NCBI GenBank assembly: GCA_951406725.2
Contig: OX597833.1
Span: 4,960,001-5,024,000 of the forward strand
Length of the DNA: 64,000 nt
Direction of reading: 5' to 3'
DNA from: Octopus vulgaris
Taxonomy: Eukaryota
A program made the translations under genes and the position numbers. The notes under the pieces were generated by a model, which ran no database searches, was not told the origin of the DNA, and worked only from the letters and a program-made list of their open reading frames with translations. Shown here piece after piece: positions 59,370 through 64,000 of this stretch (within the stretch, counting starts at the first letter, position 1; each line of letters starts with the position of its first letter).

Positions 59370-59437
59370 GTGAGTAATAGGTTTGTTTTCTTTTTTTAGA
59401 CGAATCATTCTTACGACCGCGGGTCCGCTGCCATAAC

Positions 59438-59668
59438 CTATTTCTTTATTATCCACAAGGGGCTAAACACAGAGGGGACAAACAAGGACAGACATAGGTA
59501 TTAAGTCGATTACATCGACCCTAGTGCGTAAATGGTACTTAATTTATCGACCCCGAAAGGATGAAAGGCAAAGTCGACCTCGGCGGAATTTGAACTCACA
59601 GCGTAACGCAGACGAAATACCGCTAATCAATACGCCCGGCGTGCTAACGTTTCTGCCAGCTCGCCGCC
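59438..59668 (-). mobile_element. SINE family B monomer (SLC22 intron 4)
   Basis: One unit plus head, same sequence as the multimers. Confidence 0.85.
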
Positions 59669-59767
59669 TTCATAACCACTGGGTCTCCACCGACGTTGCT
59701 GTCGTTAGCGTTTGTATTTCTATGTGTGTGTGTGTTAATGGGTGCTTGTGTATGTTTGTCTCTGGGG

Positions 59768-59974
59768 CAGTGGCTCTCAGCCTTTTCAATATCCGGGTGG
59801 CCAGATCGAAAACCTGATTTATTTTTGAAGTGGGCCGCACCAAAAGAACAAAAGAAGTAAATCACAAAAAAATTACAGGAACAGTTATATTTATGGATGG
59901 AAGACCGTCGAGGGCCGCCAGAAGGATGCTTGAGGGTTGCATGCGGCCCTGTGAGTCACAGTTGAGAACCGCTG
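59768..59974. mobile_element. hAT (Charlie-like) MITE
   Basis: TIRs CAGTGGCTCTCA / TGAGAACCGCTG, internal GGGCCGC motifs, imperfect 8-bp TSD CTCTGGGG / CTCCAGGG. Confidence 0.65.
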
Positions 59975-60346
59975 CTCCAGGGTGTGTATGTTTGTTTGTG
60001 TATGTTGGGTGGGGGTCTCCCTGTTCCTGTTGTGGTTGTATGTTGTATTGTTACAATTGTTGATATTTTTATAACAAATGAAAACTGAAAAACATTAAAC
60101 ATCTTATTGAATCTCATAACATTTTTATAACAAATCTTAACATTCATATTAAGGAGGCCAAAAGTCAACAACGTGTTGAAGTATTGAATTAAAAGAATCT
60201 AACTTTGTTAATCCTATCTCTTGTCGCTCGATTTTTTTAGTGGGGAGATAACCTAGTTTTTAATGGCATTTTAAAAAAAATGGGGGTGAGGTAACCAAAA
60301 AGCATCCCATTATTATTATCGTCTGTTTTTCTTTCTTTTGTTTCAG

Positions 60347-60481
60347 GTTTGTTGGTTGTTTTGTTTATTGTAATTTACTGCACAAAGTGGAGAGTCTGAC
60401 CGGAGACCACCATTTTGATATCTTCCTGCCGTTTGTCTTGGACATGCCGATCTGTATGTCAGCCGTTATCATTAACAAATG
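60347..60481 (+). CDS. SLC22-like transporter, coding exon 5 (gene continues beyond window)
   Basis: tttcAG acceptor, phase 2. Encodes (W)FVGCFVYCNLLHKVESLTGDHHFDIFLPFVLDMPICMSAVIINKW, which aligns by eye to the SLC22 TM7-TM8 region. Donor TG|GTAAGT. Not in the ORF track. Confidence 0.85.
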
Positions 60482-61946
60482 GTAAGTACAGCACTTTCCC
60501 ACAAATACTCCTTGTTGTTGTTGCTGCTGTTGTTGCTGGTAGTAGGAGTAGCGGTAGTGGTGGTGGTGGTGGTGGTGGTGGTGTAGTCGTAGTGATGTTG
60601 ATTGTTGTGCTAAAGGGTTTTTCTTGTTGGAATAAAGACACATGCCTAAGTGGTTCGGGTTATTTGGCTCACGATTGCAAGGCCGTGGGTTCGATTCCCA
60701 GCGGCATGTTGTGTCCTTGAGCAAGATACTTTATTTCAAGTTGCTCCAGTCCACTCAGCTAGAAAAAATGAGCGATACCTGTATTTCAAAGGGCCAGCCT
60801 TGTCTTTTTCTGCATCACGCCGACCCACCCCCCGCCTGAGAACTACAGAAAATGTGCATGTGTCTGCGGAGAACTCAGCCACTTGTTCGTTAATATCCCC
60901 AGCAGGCTGTTCCGTTGATCTGATCAACTGGAACACTCATCGCCATAACCGACGGAGTCCCACTTTGTTGTTGAAGTGCAATAATATTTGTATTTCTGTG
61001 TGTGTGTATGTGTGTGTGTGTTAATGGGTGCTTGGATTGAAGACCGTGGAGGGCCGCCGGGCTGCCAGAAGGATACTTGAGGGTTGCATGCGGCCCTGTG
61101 AGCCACAGTCCAGGATGTGTATGTTTTTTATGTTGGGGGATCTTCCTCTTCCTGTTGTGGTTGTATGTTGCATTGTTACAATTACTGTTCATAGTTTTGG
61201 TGGTGATAATAGTGGTAGTGGTGGTGGTGATGGCGATACTGGTAGTGGTGGTGGTGGTAGTGGTGGAGGTGGTAGTGGTGGTGGTAGCGGTGGTGGTGAT
61301 GGCGATACTGGTAGTGGTGGTAGTGGTGGTGGTGGTAGTGGTGGTGGTAGTAGTGGTGGTAGTGGTGGTGGTGGTAGTGGTGGTGGTAGTAGTGGTGGTA
61401 GTGGTGGTGGTGGTAGTGGTGGTAGTGGTGGTGGTGGTAGTGGTGGAGGTGGTAGTGGTGGTGGTAGTAGTGGTGGTGGTGGTGATGGCGATACTGGTAG
61501 TGGTGGTAGTGGTGGTGGTGGTAGTGGTGGTGGTAGTAGTGGTGGTAGTGGTGGTGGTGGTGGTGGTGGTGGTAGTGGTGGTGGTAGTGGTGGTGGTGGT
61601 AGTGGTGGTAGTGGTGGTGGTGGTAGTGGTGGAGGTGGTAGTGGTGGTAGTGATGGTAGTGATGGTGGTGGTGATGGTAATACTGGTAGTGGTGGTGGTA
61701 GTGGTGGTGGTAGTGGTGGTGGTGATAGTGATAGTGGTAGTAGTGGTGGTGGTAGCGGTAGTGGTGATGTTGGTGGTGGTAGCGGTAGTGGTGGTGCTGT
61801 TGTTGTGGTTGTTGTGACGGCGTTTCCATTGGTAATGCTCATCTGTTGTTTTCGGAGGTGGTGGCCGTGGCGTTGTTTGTATATGATTTCTCTTAAAAAT
61901 GAAAAACACAGGATTTACTTGAAATAGTTTTGAAAAATCTTGCCCC

Positions 61947-62361
61947 TCACAATATAGAAACGTTTCTCATGGCTTCAGAAGACGGAAGGGAAAAGGTTTC
62001 GCCCTGGAGGTCAGCAATGGAGATACGCTGGAATAGCCGCTCTGACTCGCGAAGTTTGCGCTTGCGGACAGCCTTCGCGACCCTGACATATGGCTCGGGG
62101 GCCTCCACTACCACAGGCTCGACCATAAACCTGTCGGACAGGTTTGTTTTTCTCAGCCTGATCAGCAGCAGAGCCTGGGCTGGTAGCTGACAACACCCAG
62201 TTTCTGCGGGAGAAGTCACAGCATGTGACATCCCAGATGAGGGGCCACCGGCCACGGAACGGGGAAATTGTCAAATCGTCTGGCCTTTTACTGTCCTCTC
62301 GGTCTAGTCTTGCCGGTTCGAGCTGGGAAGGAAAGCCTGCAACGTCTAGGCCATGCTTGTT
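61947..62361 (-). mobile_element. CRE-clade non-LTR retrotransposon restriction-like endonuclease remnant
   Basis: Frameshifted KHGLDVAGFPSQLEPARLDREDSKRPDDLTISPFRGRWPLIWDVTCCD...PGSAADQAEKNK / SDRFMVEPVVVE...LFQRISIADLQG. Confidence 0.8.
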
Positions 62362-62968
62362 GGTTTGGTTGTTGATGTTGTTTAGCTTCAGGTTGAGCCG
62401 CGACTAAACAGACCTAAGATCACAGACATTCCAGCCATGCCCACGCTAAGAATTGGAAATCTAGTTCAGTAATAATGTCTCTACATCATCAAACATTAAA
62501 GTTTACTCAAAATTTTAAAATTTGGCACAGTAATACACTTGCCCAGACTGAATTGCTGGAGTTATTTTATTTTACCAGAAAAATGTTTTTAAAAAGCTAT
62601 AAAGGTTTAAAATTTGATCCTTTTCATCCAATCAGGAAACAGGATTTGTAAGCTGTCGTTTTGTGCGGGACTGCACATTTTGTCAGCATCCTGAAAATAG
62701 CACTTGTCGTGAATATTTGTAAACAACACGTGTTATGTCCCCGGTCATTTTCTTTCATGTAAATAAATGTTTATGTTAATTTAAAAGAGAGAAACAGTTA
62801 GTTTCAAATTTTCGGGTGAGATGTTGGGAAATGATCTTTAATCTAAAAGATTTACCCCCCCCAAATCTTATTTAGCTGTTATTTTTAGCATACCTCACAA
62901 CTACCCCAGTGTTCAATTACTAAAAGAAACAAACTTAAGCAATTTAAATATGCATACAGGAGCATATA

Positions 62969-63380
62969 GGCGCAAGAGTGGCTGTGTGGTAAGTAGCTTG
63001 CTAACCAACCACATGGTTCTGGGTTCAGTCCCACTGCGTGGCACCTTGGGCAAGTGTCTTCTACTATAGCCCCGGGCCAACCAATGCCTTGTAAGTGGAT
63101 TTGGTAGACGGAAACTGAAGGAAGCCTGTCGTATATCTGCATATATATGTATATGTATGTGTGTGTGTGTGTGTGTGTGTCTGTGTTTGTCCCCCTAGCA
63201 TTGCTTGACAACCGATGCTGGTGTGTTTACGTCCCCGTTACTTAGCGGTTCGGCAAATGAAACCGATAGAATAAGTACTGGGCTTACAAAGAATAAGTCC
63301 CGGGGTCGATTTGCTCGACTAAAGGCGGTGCTCCAGCATGGCCGCAGTCAAATGACTGAAACAAGTAAAGAGTAAAGAGT
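62969..63380 (+). mobile_element. SINE family A, full length
   Basis: Near-identical to 29627-30038. Confidence 0.9.
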
Positions 63381-64000
63381 ATACAAGAAAAACCTGTCTG
63401 GTCGCACGACACACTCCTCCGATAACTCGCTGCTCAGGTAGGACCCTTCCTCGGTTGACTGCTGTCAGCACGTGCTTCCTCGCAGACTTTTCAAATACTG
63501 TTACTATGGCAACAGGCAAAAGAGTTCTTGTCACTATCGAAACAGACCTGAATGTGTCTGTGGCTTACAATCGGCTAAAATTACCAAACTTTTCAAACTT
63601 TAATCTCTCTATATATAAAAGACAGTTTGTCTGTCTGTGTGTCTGTGTGGCTGTCAGGTTGTACCCTCACCCTGACCACGGCTTTCAACCGATTCTGATG
63701 AAACTTGACACACACACATAGCCCAATGTCATAATTCAAAACTAACGCAGCGAAAATTTTGAAAAGTTCCCCCAGTTCTGAAAATAATTGATAAATTCGA
63801 CATGGGGTCGAGAATCTAAGTTTTTTATATGCAACATATTTTCTGTTGTAGTTTTCGCAACTTGCAATCGGGAAACAACTAGGAACATCGTTTACATAGA
63901 AGTATTCGAGTGAAGAGAAGACATTGCAACATACACATGTGCCTTCGTTGCTTAGAGGGAAAGAACTAGATTGGGATTAGTCGTTGCCTACTAGGGGCTC

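Noticed and set aside
62386-62410. Possible SLC22 exon 6 after cttcAG
   Set aside because: The required phase gives an in-frame TAA after three codons and no GRR motif, so the next exon probably lies beyond the window.

Overview
AT-rich, microsatellite-saturated animal genomic DNA. The repeat repertoire looks like an octopus (coleoid cephalopod), which is an inference from repeat content. The only host gene I can support is a + strand SLC22/organic cation transporter-like MFS gene: five in-phase GT-AG coding exons at 49006-60481 (about 370 codons), continuing past the window. Nearly all ORFs in the supplied track are simple-repeat artefacts. The rest is a mosaic of tRNA-headed SINEs, CR1, R4/Dong and CRE retrotransposon ends, mariner/hAT/Tc2-like relics, Helitrons (including a helicase remnant missing from the ORF track), a 121-bp octamer-containing tandem array and several long hairpins. 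The most notable unannotated signal is a set of short, mutually unrelated repeats that each carry a minimal type-I hammerhead ribozyme fold with a palindromic helix III. At least one has an intact core, and several show compensatory changes at the tertiary 3-8 pair (C-G, U-A, A-U). This points to a diverse Penelope/retrozyme-like small-element population.
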